DNA from: a virus
Taxonomy: Duplodnaviria > Heunggongvirae > Uroviricota > Caudoviricetes
Virus record (IMG/VR): IMGVR_UViG_2879469214_000007
Span: 1 to 64,000 of that record
Length of the DNA: 64,000 bases
Direction: 5' to 3' (one strand)
The position numbers were made by a program, and so were the translations under genes. The notes under the pieces were generated by a model. It was not told the DNA's origin and ran no database searches. It worked only from the letters and a program-made list of their open reading frames with translations. Below are positions 8,933 to 18,020 of this stretch, piece by piece; position 1 is the stretch's first letter; each line of letters begins with the position of its first letter.

Positions 8933-9150
8933 GAAAGCCAAGGGGAATAAAGCTTAATGGGCATCGTTCCATGGATATGTGCCCCGGTTGCTACGCGTTT
9001 AACTGCGATTCAATGGCTATGTCGCAAAGATTCCAAGACATGATAAGAAAGAGGATGAAGCTTGGCTTATGTCCTGCTTGTGGGGCAAAACCGGTTCAAA
9101 AAAATGGGATGGATATTTGCAAATGCAAAGGGAAGAGGGGAATTAGATGA
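8929..9150 (+). CDS. Cys-rich small protein (putative zinc ribbon)
   Basis: The sequence carries CPGCYAFNCDS...CPACG...CKCKG. Its start and stop overlap the neighbouring genes. Confidence 0.4.
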   Translation: MRKPRGIKLNGHRSMDMCPGCYAFNCDSMAMSQRFQDMIRKRMKLGLCPACGAKPVQKNGMDICKCKGKRGIR

Positions 9151-9602
9151 TTACAATTGTTGAGGGAAACTTGCTCGATGCAAAGGAAAACATTATCGGA
9201 CATCAGGTGAATTGCCAAGGAGTTATGGGAAGCGGTGTGGCTAAAGCTATTCGTGCGAAATACCCGGTTGTCTATGAGAGATACGTAAATCATTGTAATG
9301 CAATGTCACCTCAGCTATTGCTTGGGGATATGCAAATCATTAAATTGGGCGTTGATAAATATGTGGCGAACATTTATGGTCAGCTAACATACGGACGAGA
9401 CAAAAATGTTTTGTACACCAGTTATAGTGCCCTAACAGAATCACTTATTAAGCTCAAGCATCAGGCAAGAAGATACGAAATGTCGGTAGCACTGCCATAC
9501 GGAATCGGTTGCGGCTTTGGTAATGGCGACTGGGATAATGAAGTGTATCCGATGCTGAAATGTCTTTTCTCCGATTGGGATTTAACGCTATATAAATTAT
9601 AA
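9147..9602 (+). CDS. macro domain protein (ADP-ribose binding / ADP-ribosyl hydrolase)
   Basis: MITIVEGNLLDAKENIIGHQVNCQGVMGSGVAKAIRAKYP matches the macro domain N-terminal signature (ITxxxGDI...NxxNxxLxxGGGV). Confidence 0.7.
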   Translation: MITIVEGNLLDAKENIIGHQVNCQGVMGSGVAKAIRAKYPVVYERYVNHCNAMSPQLLLGDMQIIKLGVDKYVANIYGQLTYGRDKNVLYTSYSALTESLIKLKHQARRYEMSVALPYGIGCGFGNGDWDNEVYPMLKCLFSDWDLTLYKL

Positions 9603-9669
9603 TATTTCATTATATGAAAAATTCACAATAATGCTAAATCAACAAATCTGAGAAAGGAAGGGTTTTTCC

Positions 9670-10002
9670 ATGGAGATGTCAAGAGCGGAATTTGCGGAAA
9701 AGAAGAGTATTAGAGATTATCTGTTTTCAACCTTATTGCCGACCGGAATGCACATGTCTGACCTCTGTTTTAAAGAAGGGAATGCCTATAGATTCTCAAG
9801 AGGATATGGACCATGGAATGACGACTATTACTTGCTATCATCTGATACTAAGCCAGTGGAGAAGTATCGTTTACTGGCGAAGCTCGATAAGGAACTATCG
9901 GATGGACGGTCACATGAACGAAAGCTTGAAACCGAAGAAATGGATATCAAGATTAGCCGATTAATCAAAAATTATACTGCTAATGAACTTTCAATGGAGT
10001 AG
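9670..10002 (+). CDS. hypothetical protein
   Basis: 110-aa ORF with SD GAAAGGAAGGG upstream. Confidence 0.35.
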   Translation: MEMSRAEFAEKKSIRDYLFSTLLPTGMHMSDLCFKEGNAYRFSRGYGPWNDDYYLLSSDTKPVEKYRLLAKLDKELSDGRSHERKLETEEMDIKISRLIKNYTANELSME

Positions 10003-10249
10003 GTGGAAAATGATGCTGTTTCTAACATTGTATCTCTTGGTGGGAATCGTTCTTCTGACTCTGACCCGTGGCTACCTTTATATCCCGCCACCATCAAGAT
10101 TCGTAGAAATCAAGGAAAAGCCGGGAACCTATATAATCAAAGAATATATTCCAATGCCAACTTGGATATGGTGGATTCTCCTGACTATATTATGGCTACC
10201 TATTATCATTCTTGTTATCTGGCAAGTGAGTAAAGAGTTCAAGCTATAA
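9983..10249 (+). CDS. small integral membrane protein
   Basis: Two hydrophobic helices (LFLTLYLLVGIVLLTL and WIWWILLTILWLPIIILVIW). The true start may be the internal MML codon. Confidence 0.35.
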   Translation: MNFQWSRWKMMLFLTLYLLVGIVLLTLTRGYLYIPPPSRFVEIKEKPGTYIIKEYIPMPTWIWWILLTILWLPIIILVIWQVSKEFKL

Positions 10250-10281
10250 ATTAAAATCACAGGGAAGCGGGTAAGGGAACA

Positions 10282-10506
10282 ATGGAAGTTGGGGAATTGC
10301 TCAAGAAAGTTAAAGACGTAGTGGTAAAAATCGAAAATCAGTATAACCCGGAATACGGAGCCTATACAGAGGAACGCTCCGAAGGGAACTCAATGGATGT
10401 GTTCCAAGATGGTCTAACATCAGGATATAACGAAGCGCTCTACGATATTGGTAAAATGCTGGGCTTGAAGCTGGAGACACCTGAAACACCAGAGATGGAT
10501 TCTTAA
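10282..10506 (+). CDS. hypothetical protein
   Basis: 74-aa acidic ORF. Confidence 0.35.
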   Translation: MEVGELLKKVKDVVVKIENQYNPEYGAYTEERSEGNSMDVFQDGLTSGYNEALYDIGKMLGLKLETPETPEMDS

Positions 10507-10687
10507 AGTCGCACATTATAATATAATTAAACGATAACATGGGTAATTTTAGTCGAAAAACGCGTCGATTTAAAGCAATTTTAATGACCAGTTACCCATT
10601 TAACATAAATAAAATCGCTTAAAACAAAAACTGCGTATAGTTATAGTTATACGCATATGGAAGAGAAATGGAAAGCAGGGAGATAGC

Positions 10688-11260
10688 ATGAATTATATCA
10701 TATTTGACCTAGAAGCAACTTGCGGCAAAGAAATTCCAGACGGAGAAAGCGAAATTATTGAAATTGGTGCGGTTAAATTAAACGATAAGCTTGAGATAGT
10801 GGACGAGTTTCAATCTTTTATTAGACCAGTTCTTCATCCGCAAATCACCTACTTCTGTGAAGAGTTGACTTCAATAACACAGGCAGACGTAAACAATGCT
10901 CCATCATTTGAAGATGCGTACCATGAGTTTATACGCTGGTGCGGAGTTATCGAATCGCCTACAGGACCAATTAAGAACGCGCCGTTTACTCTATGTTCAT
11001 GGGGCTACTATGACAAGAAAATGCTCAAGACAGACTGTAACCGCTGGGGCGTTCCGCATAATGAATTTACTAACCATATTAGCGTGAAGCACCAACATGG
11101 TCCCTTGATTGGAATTAAACACGGTGTTGGAATGGCATCTGCTCTCCAGAAGCTTGGTATCCCTCTTGACGGCACGCATCACAGAGGAATTGATGATGCC
11201 CGGAACATAGCTAAAATATTTGTAAATATATTTCCGAATCTAAAATTTGATACTAAATAG
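10688..11260 (+). CDS. DEDDh 3'-5' exonuclease (DnaQ/ERI-1-like)
   Basis: Exo motif I is FDLEATC, Exo II is SWGYYD and Exo III is HRGIDDARNIAKIF. Confidence 0.7.
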   Translation: MNYIIFDLEATCGKEIPDGESEIIEIGAVKLNDKLEIVDEFQSFIRPVLHPQITYFCEELTSITQADVNNAPSFEDAYHEFIRWCGVIESPTGPIKNAPFTLCSWGYYDKKMLKTDCNRWGVPHNEFTNHISVKHQHGPLIGIKHGVGMASALQKLGIPLDGTHHRGIDDARNIAKIFVNIFPNLKFDTK

Positions 11261-11424
11261 GTGGTGGGAGATATGGGATTAATAATGTGTCAAGGAATTT
11301 GCACATCCCAATTAGATGATTACTGCGGAATGCATCTAATAGGTGAAGAGTGTATAGCTTGTACGCATACTTGGAACCAAGCACATATTGAAAATGCTGA
11401 GTTTGACAAGACAGGAGAAGAGAT

Positions 11425-11994
11425 ATGAAGATAATCAAATTTTGGACACCAAAGGGTTTCAACGGATTCATGAGCAACTTCTATGAAGCGCCGTTCATGT
11501 TGAATGGTGTGATTTACCCAACAAATGAACACTTCTTCCAGTCTCAAAAGTTCACTGGAACCAGAGCAGAGCAGTACATTTTGATGCTTCCAACGGCGGC
11601 TGAAACAGCTAAGGAAGGAAAGAGTAGAGCACTCCCACTTCGTAAGGACTGGGAGGAAGTCAAAGAAACAGTAATGTTGACTGGATTGAGAGCAAAGTTC
11701 GCACAGAACGAAGAGATTCGCAAGAAACTTCTTAATACTGGCGATGCTGTATTGATTGAAAACTCTCCATATGATTACTATTGGGGATGCGGTAGAGATG
11801 GCTCAGGAAAGAATCGCCTTGGCATACTTCTTATGCAAATCAGAAAAGAGCTTCTTATAGAGAAAGATACCCGGTATATCAATGATGCATTTAATGAAAT
11901 GAGAAGCCTTGGTTTTACCGCAAAAGAAATTATCGAAACATTGGACGAAGATGAAAACATTAATCACAAATTGTTAAAATCATTAACATTATAA
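11425..11994 (+). CDS. NADAR (YbiA/DUF1768) family protein
   Basis: FWTPKGFNGFMSNFYEAPFMLNGVIYPTNEHFFQSQKF together with the DYYWGCG core matches the NADAR/YbiA-like family. Confidence 0.65.
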   Translation: MKIIKFWTPKGFNGFMSNFYEAPFMLNGVIYPTNEHFFQSQKFTGTRAEQYILMLPTAAETAKEGKSRALPLRKDWEEVKETVMLTGLRAKFAQNEEIRKKLLNTGDAVLIENSPYDYYWGCGRDGSGKNRLGILLMQIRKELLIEKDTRYINDAFNEMRSLGFTAKEIIETLDEDENINHKLLKSLTL

Positions 11995-12025
11995 TATAAT
12001 TAAATTATAAAAGGGGATATCATCT

Positions 12026-12889
12026 ATGATTTACTTGAATGGTACAAAATTAAACTTTGACGTTTTCCCAAATGGTGAAACAAAGGTAGATACTAAACAG
12101 GTTCTTTCTGTAGTGAAAGATACCGGATATAACAATGTGGGATTCAAGTTTACAGATGATTCGGATTTGATTAAGCTTCTGTTCCTTAAGAGCTACTTGG
12201 ACACTACGGATGCACGCAATACCAAAATCACTTTGCGTATTCTCTATATGCCTTATAGCCGCATGGACCGAATCGAAGGGCAGTCTGCATTTACCCTGAA
12301 ATACATCTCTAACTTCATTAACAGTCTAAAATTCTACGAGGTAGAGGTTGTTGAGCCGCATTCGGATGTCTCGCTGGCACTTCTGGATAACAGCCATGCA
12401 GATTATGTGACCCACTTCTTGCTGGAATCTGTTATGAGCGAGATTAGCTTTAACCCTGATGAAGATTATCTTTTCTTTCCTGATGCTGGGGCACAGAAAC
12501 GATACCACGACCTTAAGGGCTATAAGAGTGCAGTTGGAAATAAGAATCGGGACTTTCAAACGGGAAGAATCACGAGCCTTGAAGTAAATGGGAATATTGA
12601 AGATTTGTACGGGAAAAAAGTAATAATTTTGGATGACCTATGCTCATACGGAGGAACGTTTAAAATGAGCGCTGGAAAACTCAAAGACCTTGGAGCAACT
12701 GAGGTATATCTACTTGTTGCCCATGCAGAAGAAGCTATTTTTGCTGGTGGTTTGTTCGATGCGAAGTATGAACCCAATGAAGAAAGCTACAAGGAGACGC
12801 TTATAAGCAAAGTGTTTACTACCAATAGCATTATCGAAGATAACTATGGTCTTGATAATAGACTCCGTATCTACGACATCATCAACTAG
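12026..12889 (+). CDS. ribose-phosphate pyrophosphokinase homolog (Prs-like; candidate ADPR-PP synthetase Adps of NARP1)
   Basis: FPNGETKVD aligns with Prs FSDGEIQVQ. ITLRILYMPYSRMDR aligns with the Prs catalytic loop IPYFGYARQDR. KKVIILDDLCSYGGT is the PRPP-binding loop. The protein is divergent from housekeeping Prs. Confidence 0.6.
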   Translation: MIYLNGTKLNFDVFPNGETKVDTKQVLSVVKDTGYNNVGFKFTDDSDLIKLLFLKSYLDTTDARNTKITLRILYMPYSRMDRIEGQSAFTLKYISNFINSLKFYEVEVVEPHSDVSLALLDNSHADYVTHFLLESVMSEISFNPDEDYLFFPDAGAQKRYHDLKGYKSAVGNKNRDFQTGRITSLEVNGNIEDLYGKKVIILDDLCSYGGTFKMSAGKLKDLGATEVYLLVAHAEEAIFAGGLFDAKYEPNEESYKETLISKVFTTNSIIEDNYGLDNRLRIYDIIN

Positions 12890-12900
12890 GGGAGTGCAGG

Positions 12901-13104
12901 ATGGCATTCTATACTTGTCCTAAATGCGGAAGTAATAAGGTGGAGAACGTGCCACTGAACACGGAGAACGGATACCCGACCGATGGAACATACCAGGGTT
13001 TATGCCTAGATTGCTGGTACGAAGAACCCTATGCCTACAACGAAAAAGGCTGGTATTACCTTATTAGTGAAAATCAAAATCTAAAATTAAATTTAAAGGG
13101 GTAA
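12901..13104 (+). CDS. small zinc-ribbon protein
   Basis: The sequence is CPKCGSN...CLDCW. It sits between the Prs-like and NAMPT-like genes. Confidence 0.35.
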   Translation: MAFYTCPKCGSNKVENVPLNTENGYPTDGTYQGLCLDCWYEEPYAYNEKGWYYLISENQNLKLNLKG

Positions 13105-13110
13105 TTATAT

Positions 13111-14826
13111 ATGAAAACAAAAACTATCTATCCAGCTAGCTTGATTGCAGACTTCTATAAGGTTGCTCACCGTATGCAGTATCCCGATGGAACTGAGTTC
13201 GTCTATAGCAACTGGACACCACGCTCCACCTACATGAAGGGCGCTAAGGGAGTAATCGCATTCGGATTGCAAGCTTTCACAAAAAAATATCTGATTGAAT
13301 ACTTTAACACTCACTTTTTCAGCCGCACAAAAGAGGAAGTTGTTGCTGAGTATGTCCACTACATTAAGCACACGCTGTTTGTAGAAGAAGTAGACGCGAC
13401 ACACATCGCTGATTTGCACGAGCTTGGGTATCTGCCACTTCACATTAAAGCCGTCAAAGAAGGAACATTCGTGCCGCTGAAAGTGCCAATGGCAACGGTA
13501 GTAAATACGAATGCTAAATTCTTTTGGGTCACAAATTATATTGAAACTATTTTCTCTTCGGAGAACTGGTTGCCTTCTACGAGCGCAACAATCGCTCATG
13601 AGTATAAAAAGCTTATGACAAAATACGCTAAAGAAACGGGCGGAGATTTGGGGGATATTCAGTTCCAAGGACATGACTTCTCGATGCGTGGAATGGTTCT
13701 GGAAGCCGCTATTCTGAGTGGAGCTGGTCATCTTACATCCTTCTATGGAACAGACACCATTCCAGCTATTCCGTTCCTTGAGGAATACTATAATGCTGAT
13801 GTAACGAAGGGAATTGTGGGTACATCCGTTAATGCGACTGAGCACAGTGTTATGTGCGCCGGAGGACAAGAGAATGAATATGACACCTATGAGCGCCTTA
13901 TTACAAAGGTACACCCAACAGGCATCCTCTCCATCGTATCTGACACTTGGGATTTGTGGAATGTGCTGACGGTGACACTTGCTAAGCTTAAGGGTTCAAT
14001 CATTACTCGTGACGGTAAAGTTGTTGTTCGCCCGGATTCCGGCAATCCTGTTGAAATCCTCTGTGGTAAGAAGTTCGAGGTTATTGATTCACCTGACGAA
14101 GCATATGACGCTTTCAGAGACATTATCCATGATACTGCTTCTGAGGTTACTGGGGAGCACCAAACGGGGCTAGAGAGCTATACTATCCGCTACAAGGCTG
14201 GTGATAAATACTACAAGGCAAAATTCAGCGTTGATTACAACCGATATGACAAACGCTACTATTATGTTGACGGTATTAAGCTTGTGTCCAATGTTGAATA
14301 TACGCCTGAGCCATCTGACCTTGGAGTAATTGAAATCCTATGGAACATCTTTGGCGGCACAATCAATGAAAAGGGCTATAAGGTTCTTGACCCGCATATT
14401 GGGGCTATCTACGGTGATTCCATCACTCTTGAGCGTGCAGAAGCAATCTGCAAAGGTCTAAAGGAGAAAGGGTTCTGCTCCACAAATGTCGTGTTCGGTA
14501 TTGGCTCCTTTACTTATCAATACCAAACGCGTGATACCTTTGGATTTGCAATGAAGGCTACTCATGTCGTGATTAACGGAGAAGAACGCAATATTCAAAA
14601 AGACCCTGCCACTGATACAAACAAAGGCAAAAAATCGGCTACAGGTCGCCTAATTGTTTATCGTGATGCTGAGACAGGGGAGATTACACTTGCTGATGGG
14701 CTTACTATCGACCAGCAAGAGCTTTACAGTGAAGTCGATATCCTTGAGGATGTATTTATTGACGGCAAACTGGTTCGTGACGAAACACTGGAAGAAATCC
14801 GTGAGCGAATCCAATCACTAATCTAA
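13111..14826 (+). CDS. nicotinamide phosphoribosyltransferase homolog (NAMPT/NadV-like; candidate Namat of NARP1)
   Basis: The N-terminus (YPASLIADFYKVAHRMQYPDGTEFVYSNWTPRS) and internal GTDTIPAIPFLEEYY match the NAMPT family. At 571 aa it is about 80 aa longer than bacterial NadV, suggesting an insertion. Confidence 0.7.
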   Translation: MKTKTIYPASLIADFYKVAHRMQYPDGTEFVYSNWTPRSTYMKGAKGVIAFGLQAFTKKYLIEYFNTHFFSRTKEEVVAEYVHYIKHTLFVEEVDATHIADLHELGYLPLHIKAVKEGTFVPLKVPMATVVNTNAKFFWVTNYIETIFSSENWLPSTSATIAHEYKKLMTKYAKETGGDLGDIQFQGHDFSMRGMVLEAAILSGAGHLTSFYGTDTIPAIPFLEEYYNADVTKGIVGTSVNATEHSVMCAGGQENEYDTYERLITKVHPTGILSIVSDTWDLWNVLTVTLAKLKGSIITRDGKVVVRPDSGNPVEILCGKKFEVIDSPDEAYDAFRDIIHDTASEVTGEHQTGLESYTIRYKAGDKYYKAKFSVDYNRYDKRYYYVDGIKLVSNVEYTPEPSDLGVIEILWNIFGGTINEKGYKVLDPHIGAIYGDSITLERAEAICKGLKEKGFCSTNVVFGIGSFTYQYQTRDTFGFAMKATHVVINGEERNIQKDPATDTNKGKKSATGRLIVYRDAETGEITLADGLTIDQQELYSEVDILEDVFIDGKLVRDETLEEIRERIQSLI

Positions 14827-14844
14827 ATATATAATTAGATTTTA

Positions 14845-14870
14845 AGGCGCACTTCCGGGTGCGTCTTTTT
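14845..14870 (+). terminator. rho-independent terminator after the NAMPT-like gene
   Basis: GGCGCAC-TTCCGG-GTGCGTC stem-loop followed by TTTTT. Confidence 0.6.
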
Positions 14871-14908
14871 CTATATTGAAATTAAGTGAAATATATTGCA
14901 CTTTTTAT

Positions 14909-14943
14909 TTGACAATTAGATAAGCCGCTGTTATATTATAATT
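14909..14943 (+). promoter_or_regulatory. sigma-A-like promoter (TTGACA-17-TATATTATAAT)
   Basis: TTGACA at 14909, a 17-nt spacer, then TATATT/TATAAT. Confidence 0.5.
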
Positions 14944-14983
14944 ATCAAATAACAAATTATTTGAAAAAAGCGAGGGAAGCCAA

Positions 14984-15190
14984 ATGCAAATAACACACGT
15001 TAATCAATACACAAAACGAGGGAATAAGAAATTTTTCTCCATGTGGATTAACGAAGTATTCATCAAAGTTTCTTTTCAATTCGGTGTTCTTGGCTTCATT
15101 TATGCCGACAGGGACTTGAGTGAGGTTGAAGTTGACGCAGTAAGAGAAGAAGTAAAAAAGTACGCGAATGGAGGGGTGTCACATGGCTAA
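14984..15190 (+). CDS. hypothetical protein
   Basis: 68-aa ORF with SD GAGGGAAG upstream. Confidence 0.3.
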   Translation: MQITHVNQYTKRGNKKFFSMWINEVFIKVSFQFGVLGFIYADRDLSEVEVDAVREEVKKYANGGVSHG

Positions 15191-15352
15191 GAGCTACATA
15201 TTAATTGAGTTCGACAACAGATACAGTATTAATCCTAAATGGGTAGCTAATAAGACGAAAACATATGTTGAGTCATTAGAAGATGATATCGAAAACGTGA
15301 AAGTTACTGTTCTTGAAAATCCAATCATTATCAATAAATAAGGAGCGTGTTG

Positions 15353-16288
15353 AAAATGCCAGCAAACGTTGAAGAGATGTTCTCAGTTAGAGTTGCCCCT
15401 TGGCATGGATTAGGGAAGATTGTAAAGGAAGCACCTGATAGTGCGGCGGCAATCAAGTTGGCGGGACTCGATTGGGATGTTATCCAAAGTCCTGTGTACG
15501 TGGATGACCAGAAGGTGGACAACTACTTTGCAAACAAACGCTCAGATAATAATGAAGTTCTTGGGATTGTGACCGGACGCTATTCTATCGTACAAAACAG
15601 CGAAGCATTCGCCTTTACCGATAGCCTTATCAAAGAGGGTGAAGTGAAGTACGAAACTGCTGGAAGCCTTAAAGACGGTCGCCAAGTTTGGATGCTGGCT
15701 AAGATGGAACAGGAATACAGCATTCTTGGGGATAAGTTCGACCCATATATGTGCTTCATCAACTCTCACGATGGAACCGGAGCGGTTCGGGTGCTTATGA
15801 CACCTATTCGGGTAGTTTGCCAGAACACATTGAATGCGGCTCTTGCCGGAGCAAAACGCGCTTGGAGTACCACACACGTAGGCAACATGGCGGACAAGCT
15901 TGAGGATGCTAAAAACACCCTGATGTACGCCGGACATTACATGAACAAACTGGAAGAAGATGCTCACCGCCTTACAGACATCAAACTTACGGCGGAGAAA
16001 TATGGCGAGATAATCAATGAGATTCTTCCGATTACAGTTAAGACTTCCGAACGTCAAGCTAAAGTAATTCAATTGAGACGAGACGCTATCCTTCACGCAA
16101 TGAAGGCAGACGACATCCGCAAGTTCGCAGGGACAGGATGGGGATTCATGAATGCAATCAGCGACTACACAACACATGCTGAGCCGGTTCGTAAGACCGA
16201 AACATTCAGAGACAATCAATTTTCGCGAGTTGTTTCAGGAGATAAACTGTTTGACCTTGCCTATACAGTGCTGAATAAAGTAGCATAA
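15353..16288 (+). CDS. DUF932 (phage/plasmid-like TIGR03299) family protein
   Basis: MPANVEEMFSVRVAPWHGLGKIV...AIKLAGLDWDV is the DUF932 N-terminal hallmark. The start is taken at ATG 15353 rather than TTG 15347. Confidence 0.55.
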   Translation, partial: KMPANVEEMFSVRVAPWHGLGKIVKEAPDSAAAIKLAGLDWDVIQSPVYVDDQKVDNYFANKRSDNNEVLGIVTGRYSIVQNSEAFAFTDSLIKEGEVKYETAGSLKDGRQVWMLAKMEQEYSILGDKFDPYMCFINSHDGTGAVRVLMTPIRVVCQNTLNAALAGAKRAWSTTHVGNMADKLEDAKNTLMYAGHYMNKLEEDAHRLTDIKLTAEKYGEIINEILPITVKTSERQAKVIQLRRDAILHAMKADDIRKFAGTGWGFMNAISDYTTHAEPVRKTETFRDNQFSRVVSGDKLFDLAYTVLNKVA

Positions 16289-16291
16289 TAC

Positions 16292-16684
16292 ATGGGGGCG
16301 CTAGTCGCCCCTCCTTTAAGGAGCGTTAGAGTGGGAAATGTTGATTGGTATAAAAATAGATTCATATCTGGCAATCTTTCTTGGGAAGACATTGAAGACC
16401 TTATCGAAGCGGCGGGAGTGCCTGATACTAATGACGTTCCTGAGCTGTCTGACAAGAGGAAAGAGTTATTAGAAATGGTACATAAGATTGACTCTAAAAT
16501 AGGGAGCATCCAAAAGAAGTGCTCTCATGATAATGCAGAAATAGGGGAAGACTACGAGGTTTTGTATACTCTTCCGGAAATACGTGAGCGTTGGATTATA
16601 TGCAAAGACTGTCAGCATTCTTGGCATGAGCAGAAATTCGCAGTTGATGAACACTTCCCTTATGACTTGGGAGAGAGGAGTTAA
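16292..16684 (+). CDS. hypothetical zinc-finger protein
   Basis: CSHDN...CKDCQHSWHE supplies the Cys/His ligands. Confidence 0.35.
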   Translation: MGALVAPPLRSVRVGNVDWYKNRFISGNLSWEDIEDLIEAAGVPDTNDVPELSDKRKELLEMVHKIDSKIGSIQKKCSHDNAEIGEDYEVLYTLPEIRERWIICKDCQHSWHEQKFAVDEHFPYDLGERS

Positions 16685-16686
16685 CA

Positions 16687-17319
16687 ATGGAAACAGCGGT
16701 TGTTTCAGTGTACGGGAAAAGAGCAACGGTAAACAAAAAGAATCCGTCTTTCAATACTTGGACGGGAGAAGAAAATTCTTATGTGCTGGTTCAGGCTATT
16801 TGTGGCGATGAAACAGGGGAATGGAGAGAGCAGTTTAAGGTAACTTCTCTTGCGGTAGCGGAAGAACAAATTCGTGAAGTCATTCAATTCTTCAATGATA
16901 CACGAGTTTATCCCGATAAGGAGCGAGAACGGCACTTTGTTTCTCTTTATGCTGAGGATGAAGAGGTTAGACGCTACAGAGATGATGGTGGTTTGTCTGG
17001 TTGGCTAGACCCTAATGGAACTTTCCATCCTTGCGGGTTTGGGGAACACGTTAAATATGCTCTTGATTTCGCAGAAAAAGCCGGAGAAGAGTTCCGGGTT
17101 ATGGGAAGTGAAGATATTGAAAAGCTAAACGCCAATCAGCATATCCCAATGAGTCTTAATGGTCAAAGCGCAAGTTCATTTATTGGAATACTTGCGGATT
17201 TAACCGCGCCACAAATTGAATGGTTCAATCGCTTTTTCTTTAAGCTTGCTCCAATGCAACGCTCTGTTGTTTGCAAGAAAGCAAAAGAGCAGGGAGTTAA
17301 ATTAAAATATCAATGGTAG
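16687..17319 (+). CDS. hypothetical protein
   Basis: 210-aa ORF coupled to the upstream gene. Confidence 0.4.
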   Translation: METAVVSVYGKRATVNKKNPSFNTWTGEENSYVLVQAICGDETGEWREQFKVTSLAVAEEQIREVIQFFNDTRVYPDKERERHFVSLYAEDEEVRRYRDDGGLSGWLDPNGTFHPCGFGEHVKYALDFAEKAGEEFRVMGSEDIEKLNANQHIPMSLNGQSASSFIGILADLTAPQIEWFNRFFFKLAPMQRSVVCKKAKEQGVKLKYQW

Positions 17320-17571
17320 GTGACGAGTATGAGTGAGCTGGAATTATTGCTTCTAAAGATGTGGGCAGAAAACGGCATAGCGGAAGTCTACAAATATAAA
17401 AACACCATCAGGGTTTTTAGAAGAGAAGGACTGGTTCGCTACGAACTGTTTTGTGACCTGACCTATAAGATGTTTTCTGATTTGGAAGACACCGCAAATC
17501 GGGACGATGCATACGCCGAAGACTGCAAGGCTAGCGTCAAAGATTTGATTAAAAGTAGGGAGGGGTTGTAG
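17320..17571 (+). CDS. hypothetical protein
   Basis: 83-aa ORF. Confidence 0.3.
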   Translation: MTSMSELELLLLKMWAENGIAEVYKYKNTIRVFRREGLVRYELFCDLTYKMFSDLEDTANRDDAYAEDCKASVKDLIKSREGL

Positions 17572-17981
17572 TGGAGATTCAATACTGCAAATGCGGTAGC
17601 CCAATGTCTGCCTATGAGGTTGAAAAGTTTAAGCAATGCGGAGGTTGCCACGAGAAAGACATAGCAGATAAGAGAGCGTTCTTTCTGGAATCCGAGCGGC
17701 TTAAGAAGCTGGAAGAAGAAAGGCACAAGAAAGAGCAGGAACAGATTCGTATAGACCGGTTCAACGCCAAGCTCAAAGAGCTAGAGGGCAAGGTCATATC
17801 AAGTGCTGTTGTGACCGAGTGGAAGGATGCCATGGGAATTGAGCCAAAGCAAGTGCTAATTGAGTGTGAAGATGGAACCAAAGTCTTTTTTACTCAAGAG
17901 GAATGCTCCAATGGTTGCCGGGGAAGTTACGACTACTATCAGTATCTTGAGGTAGATATGGCAGGAGAAATAATCAATTAA
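17571..17981 (+). CDS. zinc-ribbon / coiled-coil protein
   Basis: CKCGSP...CGGCHEKD is followed by a K/E-rich coiled coil. Confidence 0.35.
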   Translation: MEIQYCKCGSPMSAYEVEKFKQCGGCHEKDIADKRAFFLESERLKKLEEERHKKEQEQIRIDRFNAKLKELEGKVISSAVVTEWKDAMGIEPKQVLIECEDGTKVFFTQEECSNGCRGSYDYYQYLEVDMAGEIIN

Positions 17982-18020
17982 GCATTATAATATAATTATA
18001 TACTAAAGGGGAAAATTAAA

